Below, in pieces: positions 23,974-36,710 of a DNA stretch of 64,000 bases. How positions within the stretch are numbered: position 1 is the stretch's first letter; each line of letters opens with the position of its first letter. The stretch covers positions 9,013,957-9,077,956 of the forward strand of contig MU053881.1 of NCBI GenBank assembly GCA_013239625.1. Reading direction: 5' to 3'. This DNA comes from Lama guanicoe. Its lineage: Eukaryota. The notes beneath the pieces are model-generated. The model did not search any database and was not told the DNA's origin. It was given only the letters and a program-made list of their open reading frames with translations. A program made the position numbers and the translations under genes.

Positions 23974-26900
23974 AGGCTGGAGGGTCCAAGGTGGAGGCGT
24001 AGGAAGATCCTGAACTCACCTCCTCCCACGAGCACAAGGAATCTGCAGCTGCTCATGGAATCATTTTGTTGGAAAGGAACCTGAAAATTGGACAGACAGA
24101 GCCTCTGCAACCAAGGGTAAAGGGACAGCGCCGAGACAGGCAGGAAAGGCAGAGAGACAGGGGTGCCAAGGCAGAAACCAGACCCCAGCCGTGATTCACA
24201 ACCAGTTGTTCCACAGAGGTATGGCCCTTCCCTTGTAGAGCAGAGCATTCAAGCTGCACACCAGGCACCCCAGCCCTTAGATCCTGCAAAGGAGAAATGA
24301 GCCCCCCAAATACCTGACTTTGAAAACTAACGAGGAATATGCCCAGGAAAGCTACAGAACTATAGGGAACAGAAAACCTGCTCTTGAGGGGCTTGTGTGC
24401 AGACTCACCTGGCCTGAAAATGAGTGGAAACACCAGACTGAAAAGCACAGGGACCGCAGGTGAAGGGGCCCCACTGACTCATCCTAAAGCACCTTCTGGA
24501 AAGGCGGGAACATTGGCACGTGCCCCAAGGACTGAGATGCTGGCCGGAGCCCTTTTTGTGATCTCAGGGTACCTTGCTAACACCTGCACTGGCAGACATC
24601 ACTCTGGAATTCCTCCTCTAAGGTGTCAGTGCCCTGCTGAAAGCCTTGCCCATCTCTGCACCTCAGCTGGGCCTCACAGCTGGTCCAGAGGGCTAAGCCC
24701 AGTCACCAGCACCCTGCAGCTGCTGCCACCTGCCACCACAGGAGGGAGCCCCCTGCGCACCTGGCTCTGGTGGCCGGGCGGGATCGCTCTTCTGAGCCCC
24801 ACAAACATTTCCTAAAGTCTTTCAGACTAGCCGATTTACCTACAGAGAAGCAAACACAAAATTAGGCAAAATGAGGAAAAGGAGTACATTCTAATAAAAA
24901 AAAAAGACAAACTCTCAGAAAATGAACTGGAGACAAACTGTCTATCTGATAAAGAGTTCACAGTAATAGTCATAAAGATGCCCACTGAACTTGGGAGAGT
25001 AACAGATGAGCATGGTGAACTGCAACAGAGAGAGAGAGAGAAAATATAAGAAAACACCAAACAGAGGTTGTACCTGAAGTTCACAGCAAAACAGGCATAT
25101 GTTGAGAAACAAACAAAATCGCAAATAAAAAAAATCTAACTTCACACTTCAAGGAACAGGAAAAAGAAAAAATGAAGCCCAAAATTAGAAGGAAGGAAAT
25201 GTAAAGAACACACCATAAATAAGATAGACTAATAGACAATAAAATAGATCAATGAAAATAACAGCTGGTTCTTTGAAAAGATAACATAGACAAATCTTTA
25301 GCTAAACTAACCAAGAAAAAAAATGACTTAAATTAAAATAGAAATAAAAGAGGAGAAATTACAACTAATAACACAGAAATATAAAGGATTCTGAGAGACT
25401 GCTATGAACAATTATACACCAAAAAATTGGAAAACTTAGAAGAAATGTGTAAATTTCCAGTAATATATAACCTTCCAAGACTGAATCATGAAGAAACAGA
25501 GAACATGAATAGAGTGACTATTAGTAAGGAGATTGAATCAGTAATCAAAAATCTCTCAACAAACGATGCCTCGGACCAGACAGCTTCACTGGAAAATTCT
25601 TCAAAACATTCAAAGGTTTAATGCCTATCATTCTCAAATTCTTCCAAAAAATTGAAGAGGAGGGAAAACTTATATAGACATTTTATGAAGTCAGCATCAC
25701 CCTGCCTGGTAAGAAACCAGACTAGGACACACTGAAAAAGAAAATTAGAAGCTAATATCCTTGATGAACATAGAAGATGCAAAAATCCTCAAACTACTAG
25801 CAATGTGAATCCAATAACACATAAAGGATCATACAAGCATGATCAAGTAGGATTTATTCCAGGAATGTAAGGATGGTCCAATATATGCAAATCAGCATGA
25901 TACATCACGTTAACAAAATAAAGGTTAAAAATCCTAATGATCATCTCAACAGATATAGAAAAAAGCATTTGACAAAATTCAACATCCACTTACGATAAAA
26001 ACTATCAACAAAGTGCATATAGAGGTTACATACCTCAACATAGTAAAGGCCATACATGACAAACCCACAGGTAATATCATACTCAAAGGTGAAAGGAAAG
26101 CAGAAAGCTTTTCATCTAAGATCAGGAACAAGACAAGGATGCCTACTCTTGTTACTCTCATTCATTCAAAATAGTATTTTAAGTCCTAGCCACAGCAACT
26201 AGGCAAAAAAAAAAAAATCCAAATTGGAAAGGAAGTGGTAAAATGGTCACTATTTGCAAATGACATGATACAGACAATCCAGATAACCCTAAAGACTCCA
26301 TGCAAAACTGCTAAATGTAAAAATTCAGTGAAGTCACAGGATACAAAATCAACACACAGAAATGTCAGTATCTATACACAAACAGCAAACCACCAGTAAG
26401 AGAAATTAAGAAAACAATTCCATTTATAATTGCATCCAAAAGAATAAAATGTCTAGGAGTCAATTTAACCAGGGAGGTGAAAAACTGTTTACCAAAACTA
26501 TAAAATTACTGATGAAAGAAATTGGGGGAAAAAAACATAAATAAATAGGAAGATATTCCATGTTCATGGATTGGGAGAATCAATATTGTGTAAAATATCC
26601 ATAGTACCCAAAGTTATCTACAGATTCAAAGCAATCCTTATCAAAATTCCTATGGTATACTTCACAGAACTAGAACAAGTAATTCTAAAACTTGTATGGA
26701 AGCATAAAAGATTCCCAATAGCCAAGATGGTCTTGAGAAAGAACAACTAAGCTTAAGTTATCATGCTCCCTGACTGCAAACTGTACTGAAAAGCTCTAGT
26801 TATCAAAATAGTATGGTATCGGCACAAAAATAGACACACAGGCCAATGGAACAAAATTAAGAGCCCAGAAATAAACTCACACACATATACAATTTATAAC

Positions 26901-28147
26901 TAAGGAGCAAAGAACATACAATGGGAAAGAATAGTCCCTTCAATCAATGATGCTGGGAAAACTGGTCAGCAACATGCAAAAGAATGAAATTAGACCATTA
27001 CCTTACAACATATACAAAAATTAACCTAAAGTGTTTAAAGACTTGAACGTAAGACCTAAAATCACAAAATTCCTAAAACAAAGTCTAACTGGAAACCTCA
27101 CTGACATCAATTTTAGCAATGATTTTGAGGATGTGACTCCAAAGGCTAGGAAAAAGAAAAAAACACACAAAGAGGATTACATCAAACTAAAAATGTCTAC
27201 ACAATGAGTGAAACCATCACCAAAAGAAAAACACAGCCTACTGAGTAGGAGAAGGTATTTGTAAATCATACTTCCAATAAGGGGTTAATATCCAAAATAT
27301 ATGAAGAACTCATACAACAATAAAAGAAACCATCTGATTGAAAATGGGCAGAAGATCCGCATGGACATTTTTCCAAAGACAACGTAGTGATGGCCAACAG
27401 GCACATGAAAAGATATGTGACATCACCAAATATCAAAGAAATGCAAATCAAGACCACAATGATGTATCATCTTACACCTGTCAGAATGGCTATTATTGAA
27501 AAGACAAGGAATAACAAATGTTGGAGACGATGTGGAGATAGGAGACTAAATCGTTGTAGCCACTATGAACAGTACGGAGTCTCTTCAAAAGACTACGAAT
27601 AGAACTACGTATGACCCAGCTGCTCCACTTCCTGGTATGTAACTAAAGAACAAGAAAACACTAATTAGAAAAGATATATGAACTCCTATGTTTATTGCAG
27701 CATTACTTATTATAGCCAAGATATGGTAACATCCATCAATGGATGAATACATAAAGATGTGGTATATAGACGCGATGGAATACTACTCAGCCATAAAAAA
27801 TGAAATGCTGCCATTTGTGACACCATGGGTGGACCTTGAAGATGTTATGCTAAGTGAAATAAGCCAGAAATGCAAAAAAGAGAAACACAGTATGATTTCA
27901 TTCATATGTGGAATCTAAAAAAGCTAAATGAGTGAACAAAGAAACAAAAACTCATTGATACAGAGATCGAGTTAGTGGTTACCAGAGGGGAAGGGGGTTG
28001 GGGGTACATGAAATGGGTGAAGGGCATCAACTTTTCTAGTGATAGTGGTAACTAGACTTGTGGTGCTCATTGCTTCATAGTATACACAGGTATCAAATTA
28101 AAATGCTGTACACCTGAAATTTATATACTAAAAAAAAGAAATCAACA
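23974..28147 (+). mobile_element. ~4.2 kb L1 retaining 5'UTR and ORF1 start, with an internal deletion joining into ORF2; 3'UTR and A-tail present
   Basis: 5' end 'ccaaggtggaggcgtaggaagatcctgaactcacctcctcccac' and ORF1-like sequence at 24870-25075. ORF2 remnants include [27 protein letters not shown] and [24 protein letters not shown]-rich tail at ~28130-28147. Possible degraded TSD aagagttgag (23964-23973) / aaaggttgag (28148-28157). Confidence 0.95.
25080..27900 (+). pseudogene. disrupted L1 ORF2 (reverse transcriptase and C-terminal region; many stops and frameshifts)
   Basis: Short ORFs 25427-25621 and 27387-27602 match L1 ORF2p. The RT motif region 'tcactatttgcaaatgacatgata' (SLFAnDMI) is at ~26247-26270. 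Confidence 0.9.
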
Positions 28148-28779
28148 AAAGGTTGAGCCTCTCCACTTCATCCTGTTGATAAATTGCAAATCTACGAAGT
28201 AGTCTTTGATTTAGGCAGGACTCAGCAGATGCCCGTGGGAGCCCTAACAGGATCTGCGACAAGCAAAGTCAAGAAATTAATGGAGTCATTACTGATTCTG
28301 CTAACTTCACTTTGGGTAGAGTTGGAGGCTTCATTTTAGGAAGCATTCAAAATTTAAAACACACAAGTTTTGCATTTGCACTGCTGGGATTTCTTCAATA
28401 AAACATATTTATTAACCTATCATGAAGACTTATTCTTTCAATTAATTACTAACAATAGAAATTCAAAGCAATCAATTCTACAGGACAAAATTGAAAGCCA
28501 GGGGAGTTGAGGCATCCATGGTCATTAGCAAGCCCACGGAATGAAAGGCACAGCACTGACATAGATTGCCAAGAGTTTGAAATAGTTCTATTTTTTAAAA
28601 AAAGGAGAAAAAGGAAAGGGGGATAAAAGGAAATAAAAGAAATCCGTCTGCTATTATTACTTATGAATACTGGTATGATCAAACTGGATTTTTGGACTGC
28701 AGATTATGAAAGTAGGACTTCAAGTAGTGAAGAGGTTATCTCCTACTTTTTCAGAAGCATTTGATTTAAGGCACCTTTT

Positions 28780-29330
28780 AAATGCAAAAATGCTTCCTGA
28801 GTACTGGCTCTATGCCATGCAGTGTGCCTGGCATTAAGGGTTTAAAGAGGAACCCCAGTCATATGCCTGCTGCCATCAGCTAGTTGGGTGGCTACACAGG
28901 TAGCAATGACAATAGAGCGTAGTAATTCTGAAACAAGACAGAGGTGGCTGGGCACCTGAGAGCGACAGAACTAGACATGCTGATGGGGTGGACATGGAAT
29001 GTGGCCCCCAGGAGATGACTGACGCTGGGACTTAATGGAGGAGTAGAAATTAGTTTGGTAAAAGCAGAGAGGGATGAAGTTGGATGGAGGAAGGGCATTT
29101 TAGGCAAAAGGGACAGCATGAGAAAGGCAGAGCAAAAATTCTCCAAGGAAAGGAAGAGATTTCCGGTGATGGTAGGAAGTGGTAAGAGAAGCACTTAGAA
29201 AGGTAAATAAGGGGCAGAGAGTCAAGCAGCCCCTAGACCACGCAGGGCACTGGGAAGCCAGGCACAGACTTGAAGGCAGGGAGCAAAGGGGCAGACCTGC
29301 ATTTGAGAACTCATTAGGAAGCTGCTGCAG
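28780..29330 (-). mobile_element. L2 fragment
   Basis: 'tgagtactggctctatgccatgcagtgtgcctggc...gaagggcattttaggcaaaagggacagcatgagaaaggcag'. Confidence 0.75.
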
Positions 29331-29544
29331 AAATACAGTGACAAGGATAGACAGTGGTATTTGTGGGGGTAAAACAGTTCTATGTACATTAGAGGTAAGG
29401 AGCCTGTAAAATCTATAAAACTTGGGCCAAATTAATAAGCACTTAGAATGAAGTATAACACACAGTCACTAGTGCTCAGTAAGTATTTGTTAGCAGAACA
29501 AACATGCCAGATTAATGAAAACACTTATTATTTAAAGATTTCCA

Positions 29545-30040
29545 AAAAATGTGGTATATTTATACAGTGGAATACTATTCAGCCATAAAAATGACAATAT
29601 AACGCCATTTGCAGCAACATGGATGTTCCTGGAGAATGTCATTCTAAGTGAAGCCAGAAAGAGAAAGAAAAATACCATATGAGATTGCTCATATGTGGAA
29701 GCTAAAAAAAAAAAAAGAATATAACTACAAAACAGAAACAGACTCATAGACATAGAACACAAACTTGTGGTTGCTAAGGGGAGGGGAGTGGGAAGGGACA
29801 GACTGGGAGCTTGAAATTTGTAGATTCTAACAGGCATATGTACACTAGATAAACAAGATAACACTGTATAGCTCAGGGAGATATATACAAGATCTTGTGG
29901 TAGCTCACAGCAAATAAAAATGTGACAATGAATATATGTATGTTCATGTATAACTGGAAAATTGTGCTCTACACTGGAAAATGACACAACACTGTAAAGT
30001 GACTATAACTCAAAAAAACAAAATGCTAAAAAAAAAAAAA
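29545..30040 (+). mobile_element. 5'-truncated camelid-type L1 with poly(A) tail
   Basis: 'atgtggtatatttatacagtggaatactattcagccataaaaa...gactataactcaa' followed by an A-tail. Near-identical flanks aaagatttccaaa / aaaaatttccgaa suggest a TSD. Confidence 0.95.
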
Positions 30041-30559
30041 ATTTCCGAAGAAGATCTTCAGATTCTCTATTTACATAGGCTTTTAGGGGAAAAAATACGC
30101 ATTAGGAATTTTCTCAATATATATATTTTTGAAGATATCCAAATCAAAATATCTGTTAAAATAGCATCATCTATTTTATACCATATTAAAAGAGCTATGC
30201 TTGTATTAATCCACAGGCAAACACTTGGCCACGTTCTGGATTAAAAAGTTATCAAACTTCAATAAGAATCACTTTTCTGTGCCTTTAATTAAAAACGTGA
30301 TTGGTAATAAATGCAAATTAGCACAAACACAACAAACTTCTTGAATATACTCTTGTTCATGTTCCTTCTTCTACTGGGGAATAAATCTGGTTCTTCTACT
30401 TGGGAAATTTGAACTTGAAAGAGAAGGAGAAACTTTAAGTCTCTGGGACAATTACTTGACGCCAGAAGCAGGGGTGAAATGAGTCCTCCAGGAACGCTTT
30501 CTCGGTGCTCCTGGCATGAACCACCCACACGAACATATCAGAGCTCATTCAGCACCGCG

Positions 30560-31010
30560 CTCACTCCGACTCCAACCCCAACAGCCTTCTTTCTGGTCCA
30601 GAACTATCTAGCTCCTGGCCACCGCAGGGACTTGGAACTTCCTGTCACCCTACCTGGGACAGTCTTTCCTAGGATCTCTGTTTGGTTCTTCTGAGCATTT
30701 GCATCTTCGCACAAAGACAAGTCTTCTCTGACAACTGGTGGGTCCTTCTTTCTCCTACATCTACCTCCTCTCTCTAGTCCATCACCCTGGGTCTACTTTT
30801 TGTTTTCAAAACACTCATCACTCATTGAAAATAAGTTACTAAATGAGGTATCTGCTTCCTATTTTACTGTTTGCCACCACCCCCACCCAACAGACTGAAA
30901 AGTCCATGAGGACAAGCATGTTACCTGCCTCATACATCACTCTCCCCCGAGCACCCAGGTGATGCCTGAACCATCACAGACGCTCAGTAAATTATACAAC
31001 GAATAAATGT
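30560..31010 (+). mobile_element. L2 3' end
   Basis: 'cagactgaaaagtccatgaggacaagc...gatgcctgaaccatcacagacgctcagtaaattatacaacgaataaatg'. Confidence 0.8.
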
Positions 31011-31150
31011 GACCCTCACAAAGTAGATTTAAAAAAAAATTCCCATTTTATACATCAGGAGACCCAGAGAGGTTATCAAATGCATTCAAAGTCACTTAGC
31101 AAGTAAATGGAGAAACTAGTATTTCACTCTCAGAGTGTCTTTTCCAAAGC
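31010..31150 (-). mobile_element. MIR SINE
   Basis: 'cccattttatacatcaggagacccagagaggttatcaaatgcattcaaagtcacttagcaagtaaatgg'. Confidence 0.8.
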
Positions 31151-31539
31151 CATCAACAAGGGTGCTCCTGGAGAGGAAAGCAAGTCCACACCTGGAGCCT
31201 GACAGGTGTGCAACACAGAAGTGCTATTTGTGCAATTTTTCCGAATGTGAGATGTAGCAGGATGAATAAAGCAAGAACAGACAGAAATACGGGAACCAAT
31301 CTCTGGTTGCAGTGCTACTATTATCCTGGGTAAATTACTAGATACTCAGGAAACTCACTTCCCATCAGCGGTACAGAGCCAGAGAGGGAACAGAATGTGT
31401 ATATTTATACCTCAGTGAGTGTGAACACTGAAATTTACAGCCTGTCTGGACACCACCTTTTATATGCTATTCAAGTTCCTGCCTAGTGGGGAGTGTGTGT
31501 CTAATTTTAGTAAATGAAGGCTTGTGTTCTTTCAGATTT

Positions 31540-32340
31540 ACTCATTCATCAAATATTTATCGAGCCCCAATTATGTGGCAGTATTGCACTAAGTGCTAGG
31601 ACATGCAATGAAGCAGGTAGCCAAGGTCCCTGCTCCGAGGCGCTAACTTTTCAGTAAAGGAGAGAGAAAGCCAGCAAATATGGAAGAGAAGGGCTATGAA
31701 ATAGACAAAGAGGGCAACGAGTTGCAGAATACAGGGAACACTGTAAACAGAGCTGTCAGGAGTTTCCATAAACAAGTAATGTTTGCTTTTGTTCATTTAT
31801 TCATTCAGCAGACGTTAATTGAGCACGTACTGAATGCTGGTTCTAGACCCTTAGAAAGAACAGAAGTGATGAGGGTAGTGAGAGGGGATGATCATTAAGC
31901 CAGCACAGCAAAAGGAGAGGTCCAGAGGCGGGAGAGTCTCCAGAGTATTTGAGGGACATGAAGAAATCTGAGTGTGAGAAAGGAGGAGTGGGAAGAAGAA
32001 GGTGTCAAAGAGGTAACTGAGGCCACACTGTGGAGGGTTGTGGGGGTCACTGTAAGGACCCCAGTGAGATTAGAGGCTGTGAGCAGAGCGGTGACGAGTC
32101 AGCGTTGCAGCAAGCGCCCTCTGGCGGCTGTGCTGAGAACACACGTACGGATGAAGAGGGCGCGGAAGAAAGCGTTGAAGGCGGGAGTAACAAGAGCAAA
32201 GATCTGGAGACAGCAGAGCTCAGCTCTGTTCAGAAACATAAAGAAGCCCAGTGTGACCACAGAACCGCGGTCAAGGGAGAGCATGGCATGAGATGAGAAT
32301 GCAGGGGCCCAAATCAGGCAGGGAACCTGGATCTCATTCT
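31540..32340 (-). mobile_element. L2 fragments
   Basis: 'cattcatcaaatatttatcgagccccaattatgtggcag' and 'ttcattcagcagacgttaattgagcacgtactgaatgc', followed by purine-rich antisense L2 body. Confidence 0.8.
32110..32129 (-). promoter_or_regulatory. candidate CTCF binding site
   Basis: GCGCCCTCTGGCGG at 32114-32127; its reverse complement CCGCCAGAGGGCGC is a near-perfect CTCF core. Confidence 0.55.
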
Positions 32341-33452
32341 GCACAGAAGGAAAGCCACAGACACAAGAATCTTTTTGTAAAAGGAGCCACGCGCCTTCCG
32401 CAAAGTCTCACCTTCTAATGCTTTGCTTTGCTTAGCTGGTGTCAGCTGACAGTGGGACAGAAAACTGTGGTTTCTAAGCATTGAGTTAAAAAAAAAAAGC
32501 CTTAATTTTTAAAAAGCGTGCCAATAGAGTTATAATTACTGAACACACAACCTCCTGTGTATTTAAATGACAGATGCAGTGATTACAGTGTTAAAGTCCT
32601 TCAGGGATAAAGAAATCTAATACTATCATTTCTAGTTCCAAAGAGGGTTTTGCAGTTGGCTGCCTCACCCCAGTCTCACTAGCAGTAAACTGCCTCCTTT
32701 CTCCATGATTAGTCATCTTGGAAATACCTATTTTCTGAAATTTAGGGGAAGGATCGAAGGTCAACGTAGAAACACGTTTAAGAACTTTAATAAAAAGTTG
32801 AGGCTTTTTCAATTCTTCCAGACATATCCCTTTATCTTCCTTTTTAACCGATAACAAGGACTCGTGCACCAACAAGGGCTCATTTCCCATAGCTTTGGTG
32901 GAAAATGAATAGGACTTTCTTCTGGCCACAGCATCCTTCACATTAGAAAGCCTACTTTCGTATGCTCCAAGAACAGTTTATCTCCGATGGGTACACTGAT
33001 GGGGCTCACATGATTCCTTTTACTGAATACTAACAGCTAATCACGCAGCCAGCCGTAGCCACGTGCTTGCTGACACCAGTAACTGTCTGTGTGTAGGGAC
33101 CAGTGCCTCGGGGAAGGGAGAAGCAACACAGCTGAGCTTCGCTGAGCAACGCGCGCAGGCTAGGGGGTGACACACGGGAACCCATAGCCGAAGTTGACGG
33201 GAGATGTTCCACCAACGTCTACTACTCATTGCTAGTCCTGGGTCAGACCCTGCCCGGTGTCTTCAGGAGTTTTATTTCTACAGCATGAATTGGGGGGGAA
33301 AAAACGGAGCAGAGGACTTCACATCTGGGTTAATTTAAAGCTGAAGAAGTAATGGCTGATGTTTTAAAAACACTTTGAAATATCCTTTTCTGGATTTTTG
33401 AGAATCATTTGGAACTTCTCCCGCATCCTATGGCAAACAAGGAAATGAGGCT

Positions 33453-33948
33453 TGACAGGCAGAATGATGAACTCCCAAAGGTGTCCACGCCATGATCCCT
33501 GGAATTTGTAAGTCTGTTACCTTATAGGGTGAAAGGGATTTTGGAGATGGGATTAAGATTAAGCACCCTGAGTTGGGGAGATCATCCTGGATTATCTAGG
33601 TGGGCTCAATCTAATCCCCCAATCCCTATAAATGCAGAAACTTTCTTGGCTTTGGTCAGAGGGCAATGTGACAAGGAAAGCAGGGCCAAAGAGATCTTCC
33701 ATTGGTCATCTTTGAAGACAGAGAAAGGAGAGAAAGGGGCCATGAACCTAGGAGTGTGGGCAGCCTTGACAAGCTAGAAAAGGCCAGGGACACAGTCCTT
33801 CCCTGGAACCTTCAGACAGAAATGCATCGCCGCGGACACTGGGTTTATGCTGTGAAACTCATGTCACACTTCTCACCTACAGAACCAAAAGCAATCAGCT
33901 TGTGTTGTTTTAAGTCACTCTTCGTGGTAACTAAAGAAAACTAACACA
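33453..33948 (+). mobile_element. MaLR solo LTR (MLT1D-like)
   Basis: 'aggcagaatgatg...gttaccttat...gggagatcatcctggattatctaggtgggctcaatctaatc...tgtgttgttttaagtcact...gaaaactaacaca'. Confidence 0.9.
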
Positions 33949-35114
33949 GAAGGCTTTTAGTTGCCTCAGGTACAGAATGAAACCACTCAAACCACTGGGA
34001 AAAAATTTCATCATTCTTTTCAAGTGATGTATTACGTTTTTTTTTTAAGCCTGCGAAATAATGATAGCTGATTATATTAACTGACTTCTCTGCAAATGGA
34101 AATGGGGATTAGGTGTAACACCAAGCTAACGAGTGATTGAAGGACAAAAGGTCCTAAGGCTTTTAATCCCTTAATACTATAGTAAGTAGGATCAAAAGAG
34201 AGATGAGATACAAGTTTTCTCCCAGAAAATTAAGTAATTGGGCTACTAGAAGGCCGGGATTTATGATGCTAAAGACATGTGCCTATTCCCTACTAAACTG
34301 CCCCTGGTAACAGATGACTGCAGGTTTCACTCACTCCAGCTCTGCCCACACTCTATTTCCTCTCCCACGTGGCTCCTTCCAGACCCTCTTCAGAATAATG
34401 CACGTTACATTCATGTCACTGAGGGAACTCAGACCTCCGGAAGAAGATGTAAACAATAATAAATTGTCCCCTCCTTCCTCTGGCTTCTGCTCTCACTCAA
34501 AAGCTCTGTGATCAGCCCAACACCTCGATTTAAGTCACATCCTCACATTCAACCCGGGAGCCCACGTTATCCCGACTCTCTGTGGAATACATCTTCCAAG
34601 AAGCAGCACTGAAGTAAATAAGCGCCATATTTCAGAGGGAAAATGAGCGCATGAACAGAAGCCTTCTCACTAGCAAAGCCATCAGATGGGGGTGTCTGCG
34701 GCGACTACTCACTTACAGCGGGGGGTGGGATGGGGTGGGGAGAACCGCTTAAGTGTCAGCAAGAAATTCAGCTCAACAAACGTCCTGAGTGCCTCCCAGG
34801 GAAATGGCTGCAGGAACACCCGGCTCTCTGATGAGACATTAGACTTCCGTCAGTCTCACTGCTAGACAGGGTATGAAAGAACCAAGGACTGGAGTATCCT
34901 TTGGCTTCCCCACTGCCCCAGCCATCAAGATGGTGTACTTTCCATCAGGATGCAAACTTCTGTGCTTCCCCATTTTTGTCTAAATGCAATGGCTAGATTG
35001 TGTGCGTGTGTGCGTGTGCGTATTTTAAACAAACTTAAAGGTAGACTAAATCTACTTTTTTTTAGTAGGGTACTCTGGTCTATTCTACTGAAGAGTAATT
35101 AACATGAAATACGA

Positions 35115-35315
35115 GGCTAGTGCTTCCCATACTGTTTCGTGGAACATTTGTAACCTACAAAGTGATTTCTAGGAAAATTGGTTTTGGCAATGTTTTTCTT
35201 CCTTCCTTCCTTCCTTCCTTTTTTTAATTAAATACTCAGAAATATTCTGTAGTAAAGAAACCTGTTTACATGTTTGGGTCACAGAATTTCCCAAATTTAT
35301 GGGGACACAGAACCT
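35115..35315. mobile_element. hAT-Charlie fossil (MER113-like)
   Basis: 'ctgtagtaaagaaacctgtttacatgtttgggtcacagaatttcccaaatttat...cacagaacc'. Confidence 0.55.
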
Positions 35316-35413
35316 CCCTCTCCTAACCACATCTCTCCCCCTCCCCTGCCCTAAATGTGTCATTATCCTGTGGCAGGCTGGTGGCATGGAATTTAGAAGA
35401 TGCCTTTCTAGAG

Positions 35414-35619
35414 CAGGGTCTCCCAGCCTGGGCACTCCTGCCCATCTTGGGCCCGGTAGTTCTTTGTCAGGGATGGGGGATGTCTTGTGCACAGTGGCAT
35501 GTCTGGCGTCATCTCTGGGTTCTATGCAGGTGGCACCCCCAGTTGTGTCCAGCAAAAATATCTGCAGTTGTTGCCAGAACCCTTTGGGGGACAAAATCCC
35601 CCCTGGCTGAGCACCCCTG
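35414..35619 (-). mobile_element. MER20 (hAT-Charlie)
   Basis: Antisense MER20 with termini cagggtctcccagcc / ggctgagcacccctg and 8-bp TSD-like flanks ttctagag / ttttggag. Confidence 0.9.
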
Positions 35620-35687
35620 TTTTGGAGGGTCTGCTCAGTCCCTGGGAAGACGATCTTTCATGTACTTCATTATACTTATTCTGGTTA

Positions 35688-35808
35688 TTTTTCTTTTTTT
35701 AATGGGGGGTGGTAATTAGGTTTCTTTATTTAATGGAGGTCCTGGTGATGGAACCCAAGACCTCATGCCTGCTAGGCATGCGCTCGACCACTGAGCTCTG
35801 CCTTCCCC
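35688..35808 (-). mobile_element. tRNA-Ala-derived SINE (Vic-1-like, camelid)
   Basis: Reverse complement GGGGAAGGCAGAGCTCAGTGGTCGAGCGCATGCCTAGCAGGCATGAGGTCTTGGGTTCCATCACCAGGACCTCCA, then 'aaacctaattacc' and an A-tail. Degraded TSD ttattctggtt / ttattcagatt. Confidence 0.9.
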
Positions 35809-36579
35809 AGTTATTCAGATTTCCCCTTTCCCTGCCCTTAGCCCTGCACCCAGCCATCATTCATAGCTTAGGCTCCTTATTGTCTGTCATTCCACATTCG
35901 TTCCCAGTTCATCAAACATTCATTTTACCTTTCACCTCCTTAGAAACACACTCTATCCCCACGGAAACCCAATTCAAGCTGTTCAAGGACTCCTGCTCTC
36001 CGGGACCCTCTGAGCTCAAACCCTTAGGAATTTTTCTCACATCTCAGCATTGCCCTAAAATCTCAGTACTTGTCACCACAGAGCCATCTCCTCTATCAAG
36101 TCCTTTGTGAAAAGTCATCGAGACCAAGGGGTTTGACCCAAGAGAACCTGGTACAGAGGGACATTTACAAGTGTGTAGGCCGATCCATTTCAAAAAGCGT
36201 TCCCACTCTAAAACTTCCCTTGAACGGTGATGCATGTTTTATTAGGGATGGGATCTCCTCGCTGACAAATAACTCCTTTCGCCTCTTCTGTTTTAATTAC
36301 ATTTCCAGCCCATCCTTGCTTTTTGGGGGGAGGGGGGTGAAGTCTTTTCATCCTTTTATTTATGTACACTTGGATATCCAAAAAAATTACCCGTAACACA
36401 CAGGCTGAGTTCAACGTCTGGTTTAGTCGTGCACTTGAAAGATGTAAAAGCTGGAAACAACGGTCAGTATTTTGGGGGTGGCATGTGTGTCTCCAGGGTT
36501 GTGCCTGGTGCTTTATCTGTTTTTATGTGTCTCTAATTCACACAAAAAAGCCAAAAAACAAAACAAAACCCGCCTTTAG

Positions 36580-36710
36580 TATCACCGTTGCACAGATAAG
36601 GCAACTGAAGCTCAGGGAAGTCAAATAAAGTGCCCAGGGTCCCAAAACTGGTAAACTTTGGAGCAGGGAAAAAACCAAAAAATTATGGATTCAAACTAGG
36701 CTTTCTTAAC
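36580..36710 (-). mobile_element. MIR SINE
   Basis: 'cacagataaggcaactgaagctcagggaagtcaaataaagtgcccagggtccca'. Confidence 0.8.

Noticed and set aside
25427..27602. ORFs with recognisable protein similarity (also 13510-13701 and 40135-40395)
   Set aside because: Fragments of dead L1 ORF2, not host genes.
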